Shown here in pieces: positions 25,012 to 39,089 of a stretch of DNA of 64,000 nucleotides. The position numbers and the translations under genes were made by a program. The stretch is from positions 71,610,001 through 71,674,000 of the forward strand of contig NC_042999.1 of NCBI RefSeq assembly GCF_006345805.1, given 5' to 3'. Below the pieces are notes generated by a model, which saw only the letters and a program-made list of their open reading frames with translations, had not been told where the DNA came from and made no database searches. Each line of letters opens with the position of its first letter. Within the stretch, counting starts at the first letter, position 1. The stretch is from Octopus sinensis (Eukaryota).

Positions 25012-26282
25012 GAGGGGCGTTGAATAAGTAATGCCTCTGACCCACTTCCCATAGCAGTGGAGCAACGAAACTTGGAACAGTTATTAGTCTTTTTCTACAT
25101 AGGAACCACTCAGAGTTACACCTTTCTCCCATCGTTTGATGCAACTCTGGAGACCGTTTTTGTAGAAGACCCCAGCTTGGTCCTCCAACCTCAACGTGAC
25201 TTCAGAAATCAAGGCTGCATCATCTGGGAAACGCTTTCCTTTCAAAAACAACTTCATGGCTAGGAAGAGGTAAAAATCAGAGGGTGCAAGGTCAGGAGAG
25301 TAGGGGGATGGGGGAGGAGTTCATAGCCGCACGCCTGTGCTTCTGATCTAGCGATACGAGAGTTGTAGACCGGAGCGTTGTGCTGCAGGAGGAGGATGCC
25401 TTTGCTGATCTTGCCCCGCCTCTTGATTTTGATAGCTTCTCTTAATTTCCTCAAAAGTGAAGCATAATAGGCTCCTGTAATTGTGGTACCCTTTGCCAGG
25501 AAATCTGTCATCACTACTCCGTCCTGGTCCCAGAAGACTGTGAGCATGACCTTGCCAGCGAAGGGCTGCACCCTTGCCTTCTTTGGAGGAGGTGAGTCAC
25601 GGAGCTTCCACTGCATTGACTGGGCTTTGGTCTCTGGATCATAGTGATGGACCCAGGTTTCATCCTGTGTAATCAGTCTTTTGAAAAAGTTTGACTCATC
25701 TTCTTGGCACATCTCCAAATTCATCCTCGAGCACTCGACGCATTCTTGCTTCTGGAAAGGTGTGAGCAACCTGGGAATCCATCTGGCAGACACCTTTTGC
25801 ATATGCAAATGGTCATGAATGATAGTTCCCACAGACCCGGTACTAAACTTGACCTCATGGGCTATTTGGCGAATAATAATGGCAGCCTCAACTTGACGGA
25901 CAGATGCCTCATCAATGGCAGAAGGGGGGTAACCAGATCTGGGAGCTGTTTCCACAGTTCCAACCATGTTTGAATTCACGATGCCAGCGTTTTACAAGGT
26001 CATATGATGGGGCATCATCACCATAAGTTACTTTCATTTCATCAAAAGTCTCCCGTGGTGTGCGTCCTTTTAAATACAAAAACCGGATCACTGCTCGACA
26101 CTCAACAGGCTTCATTTCACACTTGACTCAGTTCAAACACCTCTATATCAGAAACCACAATTAGTTCAGAGCTGTAATTTGCCACTTAATCTATAGAGAT
26201 ATAAATAATTGCACATGTAAATTTTCAGCTAGATCAAACAACTGCAAGTGGGTCAGAGGCATTACTTATTGAACGCCCCTCG
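25011..26282 (-). mobile_element. Mariner (DD34D) DNA transposon, 1272 bp, with TIRs; irritans/Hsmar2-like terminus
   Basis: 37-bp TIRs CGAGGGGCGTT(G/C)AATAAGTAATGCCTCTGACCCACTT at 25011-25047 and 26246-26282 (1 mismatch). TA TSD at 25009-10 and 26283-84. Confidence 0.97.
25084..26115 (-). pseudogene. Mariner transposase, disrupted
   Basis: MKPVECRAVIRFL...; WIPRLL, DETW, QHNA (second catalytic D replaced by H), HPP/YSPDLAPSDFYLF after a frameshift, ends SYVEKD*. Frameshifts near 25965 and 25310, and probably one more near 25170. Confidence 0.95.
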
Positions 26283-26352
26283 TATGTATGTGTGTGTGTG
26301 TGCGTGTGTGTGTGCATATTTACATGTATATATACATATATATATATGTATG

Positions 26353-26433
<81 letters not shown>

Positions 26434-26513
26434 TCAGAGAGATGGAGAGGCAGAGAGAAAGAAAGACTAAGAGTGACAGCGAGACAGAGAGAGAGAGAGG
26501 AAGAAGGAGAGCG

Positions 26514-26549
<36 letters not shown>

Positions 26550-26550
<1 letters not shown>

Positions 26551-27075
26551 GGCACAAACTTACGGTTCATTGGTCGATTCCATCAGCATTGCCTTTGCAT
26601 CACCCTCAGTATTAACTGGAGTGACTTTATCACTAAAATCTAGGTCCTACAGCAGATGATTATCACCAGAGCTGAAGCTGCTCTGTTTAAGAGCTGGGCT
26701 CTGTTTAAGGGCAGGGTGGAGGCACATCCACTGCTCAATCTCACGAACTCTCTTCTGATCACTGTGACAGAGGGGGACGAAAGAAGTTGTACAATGACAC
26801 CTAAAAGTATCCCTTTGTCTCTGCCACACTGATAACCACCGGTGGTCTGTTCTTGCCACCGACCGTGAATCCTGGTCTCTCACTGTCCACTGAGCAACAA
26901 CTTCCTTTAAAGACAGCCGCAGGACAATCCTTAAAGACAAGGAAAACGGAAGGAAAAAAGGGCACTAGAATCAACCTCGATCAGCCTACCTTCCAATGCA
27001 GCCTTGACTGTCCCGAGCCGACTCGTTGGGCATCAGCAAGGTTGTATCAAACTTATACATCCGCCTTCCGAAGCC
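26550..27075 (+). mobile_element. RTE-clade LINE 3' fragment
   Basis: RFHQHCLCITLSINWSDFIT, ELSSDHCDRGGRKKLYNDT, CHTDNHRWSVLATDRESW. Typical RTE ORF C-terminus, decayed. Confidence 0.8.
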
Positions 27076-27113
27076 AACACGCACACACAAGGAAACACAC
27101 ACACACACACACA

Positions 27114-27149
<36 letters not shown>

Positions 27150-27178
27150 CTCTATCTCCATATATATATATAATATAT

Positions 27179-27209
<31 letters not shown>

Positions 27210-27254
27210 TAAATCAAACGTAACATAAGCGATATATATATATATATATATATA

Positions 27255-27445
27255 TGAAAATGAGAAAGTGTTTTACGTTTCGAGCCTACTCTCTTCAAAA
27301 GAAAGGAATAAGAGAAAATAAACAGAGAGAATGATCAAATTATAGATTTCAGCGGTGCAGCATGGCCGATATATATATATATATCGCTTATGTTACATTT
27401 GATTTATATATATATATATATATAAATCAAATGTAACATAAGCGA

Positions 27446-27523
<78 letters not shown>

Positions 27524-27721
27524 GACCGTGTGTGTACCATTGGCGATTTTTTTCCTCTGTCTTCCCTTCTCTGGATCTTTCCTTCTCCTATGTTTCCAAA
27601 CGAAGAGCTCTGCTCGAAACTTTAAACCCTCCTTCTTTCCTTCTTTCCTGAGCGTCCAATAATACTATATTTGTTCCACGTCCTCGCATTGTTGTGTTTT
27701 TCTGTGCTTTCTTGTTTGGAT

Positions 27722-27768
<47 letters not shown>

Positions 27769-27880
27769 TCCGCCATGCTGGACCGCTGAAATCTACAATT
27801 TGTTCAATGTCTCTGTTTATTTTCTCTTATTCCTTTCTTTTGAAGAGGGTAGCCTCGAAACGTAAAAGACATTTTCATTT
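27255..27880. repeat. Two inverted copies of a ~115-bp repeat (27255-27370, 27770-27880) flanking a ~200-bp repeat (27520-27725)
   Basis: tttacgtttcgagcctactctcttcaaaagaaagg versus cctttcttttgaagagggtagcctcgaaacgtaaaa. The central repeat recurs at 36560-36745(-) and 40800-40985(+). Confidence 0.8.
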
Positions 27881-28994
27881 TTCCCTCCCGTCGAACTAAT
27901 ACACTTGCTTTTTGCTTTTTTATAGATTTCAACTATGTATATATATATGGACTAGCACTTATGTATGTCATAATAAGATTTATATAATTTATTCAAGATG
28001 TTACCTCAACGTAACCACATAGATATTTGACAAGGAAAAAATGTTGTGTATGAAATATTTTTGCGGCTGCCTCTAACATTAAGCGATTTATTGATGTATC
28101 AATAAATATCACCCAAATGAGTAAGAATCTTCATACTGTAATATACATCAAACAAGTACAAATAATTATGAATACATAAGCATGATAACTCAATATTATG
28201 AAGCCAGAAGCGTTAACACAACGAAGTTTTTCCCAGGGAGTAACAGTAAAATGCAAATTTCCCAATAGAAGACCTATATTTAAAAGTTAGGAGAGATATA
28301 AAAAGACTAAGGAAGAGGGGGATTAATGATGATGAAATGAAAAAAGTAGTAGAAGAATAGTTGTGCGATCGATATCAAGAATATATAAGGAAAAGTGAGG
28401 GAGAGAAAGCTGTGGTGGGAGGGAACGACTACGAGAAAGAATGAAAAAGAAAAGAGAAAATAGTAAATAAGAGGTGAAAAGGGCAAATTCACTTGAAACT
28501 AGTCATAAGAAATCATAAATCAAAATGAGAGGATAATAGATAAAAGAAAGAAAGAAAGACAAAAAAAAAGGAAGAAAGAAAGACAAAAAAAAAAGGAAGA
28601 AGGCAGTTAGGCATCCCTTGCTAAAAGCGTGGGAGATGATCTTGTGACACCTTTAATATACTACAAGCAACCAATTGTGTAGACCAGACAAGAGCGCAGA
28701 TAAAAATGTAAAGAAATATGTGAATAGGAAGACAAAATGAAGAATATTAATAGGAAAATTAGAAAATTAAAAGAAGCTATAAACAGATGATTATAGTTTA
28801 AAAAAAAATATTTTAATGTATCTATCTTATGGATATTAGGTTAAAATATAGGTTAATTGTTATCTAAGGGGATTGGACATATTGGTCTGTGATAAAGTGT
28901 AAACGATTTAAAGCATCAATATATGCAGAATGTAATTGCTTCAGGCTGTTTGTTAAGGAGAAGACATCTATTATCATTTAATATTCTAATGATG

Positions 28995-29190
28995 TGCAGG
29001 CAGAACCATTAGCACGTCGAGCAAAATGCTTAGTGGCACTTCGTCCGTCTTTACGTTCTGCGGTTGACTTTATCTTCCACGCTTTTGAAGTCAATAAAAT
29101 AAGTATCAGTTGATCACTGGTGGTGGTGGTGGTGGGGGGCGATGCAATCAACTTATCTTCTCCCACAAAATTGCTGGCCTTGTACCAACG
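28995..29190 (+). mobile_element. tRNA-derived SINE (family 1), diverged
   Basis: GGCAGAACCATTAGCACG...AAATGCTTAGTGGCACTTCGTCCGTCTTTACGTTCTG. Confidence 0.7.
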
Positions 29191-31139
29191 AATATTTCAA
29201 GGAAGTACCTGCTGAACAGATTGCATGTAGTGCGACAACCTCGATAAAGTCTTTCAGTCCTAATAATTGACCTGCTAATGATATAAGGTATTTTATTAGT
29301 ATGGGTATACTTTGGAAGATTTGAGGGTAACTTTTTTTAATATGAAATGGTATAAACTAAGTATCATCTTTTAGTGGAAAACCCAACGCATATTGTCTAA
29401 TTTTGGTGCCAAGTATAATCAATGCACCAATAAATATTATATTGCAAGCAATGGTTAACCAAAGGGTTATAGTTGGCTTATCTATAATTATTTCAACCAC
29501 ATGTTAAATAACCAGCAATAATGATCTTGTAAATATTTCTTTTCTTCTCCATAATATCAATTTCACTAATACTACTCATACAATTATTATCAAAATTTCC
29601 GTTATTCCTATTGTTACTCTTAAAAGGAATATATCTATCGGCGACCCCTTAACTATTGGAACAACTATTACTGCTTTTCTTACTACTATAATTAATACTG
29701 GTGGGACTCGTGAATATTTCACGGAATTAATAGTAAACTTTAGGATTATTCCTGAAAACTTTAACCAAAACATTTGAAATCGTAGCCTGTGTTGTGTCTG
29801 TATCAAAAGCTTGAAAAGTGAAGGAAATTGGAATACGATGATTACTTAATGCATTTTATATACATACTTTATATACTTTATGCACAATTTTATAGACTTA
29901 ATACACAGCACTCATAAAATAAATATTCACTCTTATTTTTCTATTTCTTCCATAGAAAGGGAGAAATATAATTTTCACAATTTCATATCTAGAAAACAAA
30001 AATTTATAGTAAAAAATATATCTTATATGTAAAATATAGGGATCACAAATTAGGGGGTAAAACATCACCCCTCTGTCAAAATTATATTCCTAACTCTCCT
30101 CTACATCATTACTTTCAACTAACTTTTTTAACTACGTAATAAATATTACGTTCATTCCACCTCACGTCATGGACGCTTCTCTCACCCTATTTTTTCTATC
30201 TTCGTTTTTAAGCTTATATAAAAATACCATCACACACACACACGTATATATATATATATATGGTTTTCTTCGTAGGTAACCTAATTAAGCCAGGACAATG
30301 ATTAGAGACACTGGTGTCTAGGTTTAGGATGTTCTGTCATATATATGTGTGTGTAGTAGATACGATCAGTTCAAGATTAATAATCAATATATATTTTATT
30401 TTAATTTGTTTGCATTGATTTGTTTCGCTTTGCTTCATTTCACATTTTCATTTTAATTCATTTTGCTGTATTCTTCCACTTCATTTGTATTTCCTCTTAC
30501 CATTCATTAATCTTCCCTATCTTCATTTCATTTTATTTATCTCAAATCCAGCACTCTGCTTTACTTCATTGCTTTAATGTAACTTATATATATATATTTT
30601 TATTTGTCTTCATGCAACCCACCCGATTCCCTCATTCCTCTAGCCCTCCATCAGTAATTCGTATTTGAAGAAATGTGAGTTAATCACTGCGTGTGCGTCC
30701 GTCTAATTGAGTACATATATGCATAGATAATCACTCAAAGTAAATGAGAGTATATTTATATGTACACACATACCCGTGTATGTAGAAAAGTAGGAATTTG
30801 AAGAACACAAGGATATATTAATATGAGGACTGCCAGAATCAAGCATGGTAACAGATACCATGGATATAGGTGTATCTATGATATAGGTGTATGTATGTGC
30901 ATACACCTATATCCATGAATGGGCTGAAATATGCAGAGGATACATACGTTCTTTTGAATACATTCTCCGTGATTCTTGGTCTCTGTATGCGTGTATATGT
31001 GTGTATGTATGCATATGGGTGTAGAGACCGTCACATTTAAACACGTGTGTACGTCTGTTTTTGTGTATTTGTGTGTGTGTGTGTGTACGTCTGTTTTTGT
31101 GTATTTGTGTGTGTGTGTGTGTACGTCTGTTTTTGTGTA

Positions 31140-31177
<38 letters not shown>

Positions 31178-32443
31178 GCTTTGTATGTCTATGTGTGAAA
31201 AGCAATCCTGAACAACTGAAACAATTGCCCATATTGGAGTGAAAGTGAATATATATTTATACAAGTGGATGCATCACTGTACATTTTGTGTCCCAGTGTG
31301 TATGCATGCGCCTATTTCCATGCCATACTGTGAGTATGTGCCGATTCATGTGTTTGCGTCCATGAAGATACGTACATCAACCTACACTTGCCTGAAAGCA
31401 GGAAGACACGAATGTATACGCGGGACGAGAAATGCAAATGATGCCAGTGACATCATAGAAACTATTTCCCTTTTGAACAATTAACTGAAAGCTAGCATTT
31501 AACTCCTCTGCACTCCGTGCTCTTTGATCTCAGCATATAACCTCAATGACATGCAACTGTTTAATATTGCTCGTGTCTATGCATTACTATTTGACATTAT
31601 TATATTTTTCACATTATCACAAAACTTTGAACTCCTTTACTTATGAATAAATCTTAACCAAATACCCGAAAAGTTTTCATCCTCTATTTTGTCACTTTTT
31701 ATATTTCCACATACACACTCCCGGCAAAGCAGAGACGAATCACCTGCTCAAACTCCAATGAAATAGGGTTACGCAAACATATATTAGACAAGAACATAAC
31801 TGCTTGTCTCAGCATCTAATCGGTGCCCAGGATCTTATTGAAATACACCAATATCCTGCTAGCAGTCTCCTTTAAATGATATAAATGTTTAACGCTTAGC
31901 TAATACTTATATTTCATTATCAGTAGTTCTTCTAAACACATTGTGCGAAGAAGCTGGACGTCTTTAGTTCCGGGATAGCTTCATGTTTGTCTTATGTAAT
32001 TATCACTTGACACGAGAAAAGGGTCTGTAGCCAAAAACGATTGCAAACTAATAAGTTTACTGTATTAAACGAGCGCAAACACAGACACACACAGATATCC
32101 ATGTGTTGTATGTTGGTAGGTACAACGATTACAAATACGCAATAAAGAACGGAATTATTAAAAAAAAATACTGTTTGCTATCTTTTTTTACTTGGATACT
32201 AGATGGCAGAGATAATTCTGGTTGGATTCTAATTAAACTTACTCACGAATACGTTTAACTGTAACTGATTATGTTGGAACCGAAACAGCAGTTACTCTGC
32301 AAACGGAACACACATCCATAGTGTAATTAACCACCCACCCATCCATCCATCTGTCCGTCCGTCTGTCTGTCCGTCTGTCTGTCTGTCCGTCTGTCTGTCC
32401 GTCTGTCTTTCTCTCTATCTCAATATATCATATATATCATATA

Positions 32444-32479
<36 letters not shown>

Positions 32480-32867
32480 TGTATGTATTGCCGCATTTTC
32501 ATATATCATTCTTCTGTTGTTTCATTATTTTTCATACGTTTCTTTCCTATGTAACTTTAACTTGATCTATGTCAATGAATGACAGTATTAGTAAACACGG
32601 GTACCTGACAGTGAGTATTTACAAACATATTATATAACGAATATCTGTACCTTTCGTAAGTAATACACATACAGTTATATATATATATATTTGTGTGTGT
32701 GTGTGTGTGTATCTGTGTGTGTGTACACTTATGTAATATATGCAAGGTTGTATGAATACATATATATATATATACATACATACACACACACGTACACATA
32801 TATACATACACATATGTACATATATATATATATAGAGAGAGAGAGTGAGAGTGAGAGAGAGAGAGTG

Positions 32868-32928
<61 letters not shown>

Positions 32929-34045
32929 TTCTACTGCAAACGCATCTTTGTTTTCCACAATTCATGTCACATTCATAATGCGTTCTGACTTTATCTGTCA
33001 TAGAATAGACAAATTCAGCTAGTCTTTATCTAGTGTATGTAAAATCGTATTTCATGCTTTGTTTCTTTTTTAGCTCTTTTTTATATATTTCTGCTATTAT
33101 TGCCTAAATATAGACACACGTGTCTGTGTGCACACTGAACATACATACACACACACACTATCTCTTTCTCACACACATACAGACACACGCACATACGCAT
33201 ACGCCCCCCCCCACACACGCATATGCCCCTCCACCCCCTTGCTAACATATTTTCGTTTTTGATATTGCGCAATCGTATTCGTTTATATAATTTGCGCCTA
33301 AATAAATGATGGCAGTAGTGGCATGTTATTAGCACACTCTGCAGTAGGTGGCAAAGGATCATGGTACTACAGCTGTAACTAATAAGATAAATAACACAAG
33401 TTTACGACCTGGTAATATACTTAATAATATTCTTCTGGTTTCTTACTCTTTTCATATTTGTGTGGTGTTATACAAAATTGTAGCTCTATTTACCTAATAT
33501 TTTGTTATCTAATGTTACTTCTAAGAATGGGTAATAATGAGTTGTGATACTCCTTGTAAATTTATGGTCAAGTGACGAAAAACTGCCGTAAGATTTGACA
33601 GTTTCAGCAATGCAGTTAACAAATTCTAGTTTAGTTCAGAGTTTGTTGAATACATTGGATGTCTGAAATTCTGTTTACTAATCGCCAGTTTTGCAGTTTT
33701 GTGAACTATGACGACAAATTGGATTTGGGTTCTGTATTCATGCCTACACTTGCGGTATTGTGTAAGGCTAACGTTAAAAGCAGAGTCATAATTAAACATA
33801 ATAACACTATCTATACCAGGTATGTTTATGGCATATTCATTGTGGAAGATATGGACGAACAGTTCAAAAATAATTCTGTCCTTACATGTAAGATCCAGCT
33901 TCATTCAGACCACAGCAACAATCTTAGATAGAAATGTAGCAATAAAGAATATAACAAAAGCACTTCAGTTTTGCTCACACTCTCACACAGACACACCCAA
34001 ACACATAAAAAAATGCAGAGCAAATGCTTATATATGCACGGAGAG

Positions 34046-34095
<50 letters not shown>

Positions 34096-34495
34096 ATCAG
34101 AATCGATATAAAATATCTGTCATAAAACTCTTGGATTATCATCATAATTTTCATGAGCAAAAAATGTTTTACAACTAAATTAAATATATGATGATAATGG
34201 CCATGCAAACAGCAGCCATAGTGTGATTCATGAAGCGATTTTAAGGCTCTACGGATCGATACACCTACGCACACACAAACATGCACATGAACGGAGATCA
34301 AGCACTCATACAGAGACACACATAAATATTTGCGTCTGCGTGTGGGTGCTTACACACACACACATACATATACATAGAGGGAGAGAGAAATAAATTTACA
34401 CTTACGCATAACTGCAGTTGAAACGCCGATACAAAGCCTCACATATATAGGATATATGTTACACATATATATATACATACATATATGTGTGTGTG

Positions 34496-34587
<92 letters not shown>

Positions 34588-36040
34588 TAAATTTTAAAAT
34601 TACAATAAGGGTGTTGAATGATTACAATACCAGTCTACTAGAAAATAGACCCCAAATGGTCTATGAACCACTTAGATTATTACTCCACTACACAACGTTG
34701 TAAGCGAGGAAAATAGAAAACGAGGATTTATAAAATAATTTGGATAGTACCATATCTATAGATTTCATGGTTTGAGTTATTAAAAATCCTTTCCGATCAG
34801 CAGTGGCAACATACTGAACGTAAATAAATGAAAAATATATAATAGATATATAATATGTATAATATTATACATAAGCACAAATAATGTACATGCATCACAA
34901 ATTTTAAATCCAAGTGCCTATTTCAGCAATGTGCTTATTTACTCAGAATAGTTCTGCAGTAAATATATATCTTTATACGTAACTGTGTACAGTTTGAACA
35001 CTACAGTATGTAGCGGTACACATAGATTATCATTATTCAGTCAGCTTCCTGTTTAGTGTTGAGTGTAATACTGTACTTAGCAGTTTTACTAGTTCTAGGG
35101 TGATGAACCACTCACACTTTTCCAATGATGGAACTAGTGTTACATGGAATAGCGATATCCCCACTTGAACAATGCAGTATCCATATCTTCTGGGCAACTG
35201 TTTATCGTTTGTTGTCAATTTAACACATTGAGGTATACAGAGAATAGAATTCGTTTCAATCTCTAAATGATTGTCATGATAAAATTATATGTCTTTTGTA
35301 CTCTTTGAGATTCAGTTTTTTCCAACGCACAACAAACTATAAATATCTTGGCAAAATTAATCAGATGGCACATACGTTAGTTTTAGTAGTTGAGTATCTG
35401 AAACATCTGCAACAATGGAAAGCCAACATTGTCTTAGTTTCATATCAGTGCAAGGAAAAGAAAACTGTATTTGGGAACACTCAATATTCATTGTTCACCT
35501 GAAATTGTTACATTCACTCTTGAAGTGTTAGCAGTATCGAGGATGTGAAATCTTTCTGCTATGGTGTTGTGTCTTCGTTATCGTGAGAGTAGGTGATGAA
35601 CAGAAATGCAAGTCTTCATATTGAAAGAAGGATGCACAAACACGCATTTTTGCATTTGTGTGTATGTGTGCGCGCGTGTGTGTGCATGTACTGATGTTAT
35701 TCAGCCTGGAGTAAAAAGTGGTACATTCGAACAGAAATAACCTGTAGCATTAATGCTTGGAGGAGTTAACGTTTCCTATCACATGTATATAAATAAGACG
35801 TTTATATAATATAAAGAATATTTGCCAACATAATTTGGCTGTCCTAAAAGAGACAATGTTACTGTTGTTTTAGCCCCAAGAAACAACGTTTCTAGCTGGC
35901 TATACGATTCCCGCCTAGCGCAAACCAACATATGTGGAGTAGTTTCTGTTATGGCTCTTTATTAACACAGAGTAACTGCTTTCACCGTTCGAACCTATAG
36001 TTTTCAAAGTGACACACAGTCACTGATCAAAAAATAAAAA

Positions 36041-36207
36041 AATATTATTATTTCTAAATCTCTCAAAGAGAGACATTCAATAACAGTTCTTTAAAGTAAA
36101 TGCTATATGCCCCTTTCGGGACAGCCATATTATGTTGGCAAATGGCCTTTATTTTAAAGAACTGTTCCTGAATGTCTCTCTTTGAGAGATTTAGAAATAA
36201 TAATATT
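36041..36207. repeat. Inverted repeat, about 55-bp arms with a ~57-nt spacer
   Basis: aatattattatttctaaatctctcaaagagagacattca...cagttctttaaa and its reverse complement at 36153-36207. Confidence 0.9.
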
Positions 36208-36799
36208 CATAGTTATAGGTTTATTTGTATGCACTGTAAATCCGTATTATGTTTCTATGCACATATATTTTCGTATGCACATTAAAAATCACGCAAAAAT
36301 AAACACATACAAAAATACGAACACACAGAGATAGAATGGGTAGGCAGACAGCCAGTTTGTCACATAACTCCAAACAATAAGAAAGGAATATCCGATCTCA
36401 AGAATTGAATGAAATGGTATATGGAAGCTGAAAGATCATGAATCATTACTCTGAGTAACTCGGCACTAATACTTACATTTGTAATGTTTAAAAACGAGGA
36501 GAATGAAGCAAAAAGGAGAGGTGGGCATCATTAACATAGATTTCGTACCAGACATATGCATTGGTTATTAATGGTTAATTCAAACATGAACAAAGGGAAA
36601 ACACAACAAGACAAGGACGTGGAACAAGTATAGTGTTATTAGACGCTCATGAAAGAAGGAAAGAAGGAGGATCTAACGTTTCGAGAGGAGCTCTTCGTCG
36701 GAAACATAGAAAAAGGAAAGATCCAAGGAAGAGAACGATACAAATGCGGTCACATATTGAAATGGTTATATAGTTGGTTACATTAACAAGTGAATGCAC

Positions 36800-37120
36800 A
36801 TGGCTAAGTGGTAGGTGGATTCGGCTTACGAGCATCAGGTCGTGAGTTCAATTTCCGGCAACGATGCACTTTATTTCACGTTGCAAAATACACTTTATTT
36901 CACGTTGCTCCGGTCCACCCAGCTGACAAAGAGTAGCAACTGTATTTCAAAGGATCAGCATTTTCATATTCAATGACACGCTGAATCTCATTGTGAACCA
37001 AGTTAAGTGCACACGTGTCTGTGGAGTGGTCAGCCACTTGCACGTTAATTTCACTAGAACGCTGTTCCGTCGATTGGATCAACCGGAAACCTCGTTGTCG
37101 TAACCGACGGAGTGCCATTT
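36800..37120 (+). mobile_element. tRNA-derived SINE (separate family)
   Basis: A-box-like TGGCTAAGTGG, B-box-like GAGTTCAATTTCC, body ending ...gtcgtaaccgacggagtgcc, a recalled cephalopod repeat. Confidence 0.7.
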
Positions 37121-37576
37121 ATATTGACAACAGTAAGCGAACTGTACTTATTTCATAGACACCAAAGGTAAAAATTGATATCGCTGTGACTGGAACTAAG
37201 AACTCTAAGTAGCATGAAACTTTGTCCGCCCCCTACTGATTCTGCCTATTCATCCACCCTGAAGCGTGGTAAACATTAAAATTTAAAAAAAATAGCATAA
37301 ATATGAACATGGTAACAATCAGCTCTCATGTATAGTGCCAAGAGATTAAAGTTTGCTGATCATCAAATCAACTCAGCAGCAAACTGCACATAAAACCGCT
37401 TTACAAGAACAGCGAGCATTATAAAGTTTTCAGAGCAAGAACTGTAAAACAGCAAAATAATTTTTTTTTTAAATAGAAATAAGCGGGGTTCCAAATAGAC
37501 ACAAATGTACGTAAGTTCATAAACACGCTTAAACGCATGCATAATTCAAAACACACACGTGCACACACACACACAT

Positions 37577-37620
<44 letters not shown>

Positions 37621-38353
37621 ACACACACACACACACATGCACACACACAAAGCGTACATCCCGACCGCGCACGAACATGAGTTTATGCAGACATTCAAAT
37701 GAGGATGTCTCCAAAATGATTTATGAAACGCACACACATACACAAACACACATACACACATAATATGAATGTGTGTGCGTATTAATATGTATGTATGCAT
37801 GAATATATATAAGCATTTATGTGTGTATATACATGTATGCATATATATGTACATGTGATAAGTATTTATATTTTGGTTGTGTCTGTATACGTGTGAACGT
37901 GCGTATTATGTACGTTTGTTTGTAAGTACCTACATATGTACATCTAGTTGATTAAATCATTGAATTCTCTTGATGTAATAATTATTTTCTTTCCTTCTAG
38001 CCTCTCAAGTACTTGTCGATTCGTCGATTTATTGATCTGTTTAAACAACCATTCCAATTATCTAAGACAATAACATCCAGTCTTTCATTTCTTTCATCCA
38101 GTCCGGTTTTTTTATTTCTCTTTCTCATTCATGGATTCCTCTGTTAGCACCCCCTTTCTTCTATCTGTTTCTCTCCGGATATGTATGTATAATCCTCTCG
38201 ACCATCACACACGCACACACACATGCACAGTTACTCACACATATTAAGAATCTTAAATTACTTTTACATTATTTTTCACATTTACATACATACGCACATC
38301 TATGCATCCATGTGTGGTGTGTATGTATGTATATATATATAATATATATATGA

Positions 38354-38403
<50 letters not shown>

Positions 38404-38735
38404 CATACATACATCTACATATATATTTTATATATATCATAGGATACATATACACACATACGTATGCACATGTATATATATGTATGTATGGGTGGATGCA
38501 TGGATGGATGGAAGGATGGATCAATGTAGAAAAGAAATAAATATTGGTAACGGAAAAGGGAGGGATATAGCAGTATCCAAGTGAGATGAAGCATTACAAT
38601 TAAGAAGCAAATCGCAGCAGAAATACTAGCAGTGAAATTATGGTTAAATTATGGATAAAAAGGAAGCGGTATTATTTAAAGGGGGATATGGTAATAAGAG
38701 TCGTTATTGTGCTTTTACTATTCACACACACACAC

Positions 38736-38805
<70 letters not shown>

Positions 38806-39089
38806 TACATAGACACACACACACATACACACACACACACATATATATATATACATACACATATATACACATGCATATATGGGCACAGGATGTCACCACA
38901 GTAAACAACAATATATACGAAAACAATGAGTTCAATACACAAACAACAAGAGAAACAAATGGAAAACAGGACAAGTATATAAAGAACGACCTTTCATCAG
39001 ATGTCGACGGTCTATCTACTTCTCATTTCGAGCATTGATCGACAATATGAGTCCTCGAAGACTATTGCTCCTATAAGTAAACAAACATG

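Noticed and set aside
29170-29850. Possible NUMT because of AT-rich hydrophobic codon pattern
   Set aside because: TAA/TAG stops persist under the invertebrate mitochondrial code, and no mitochondrial protein motif was recognised.
31030-31150. Regularly spaced ~30-bp repeats (CRISPR-like spacing)
   Set aside because: A minisatellite derived from (TG)n with no unique spacers; eukaryotic context.
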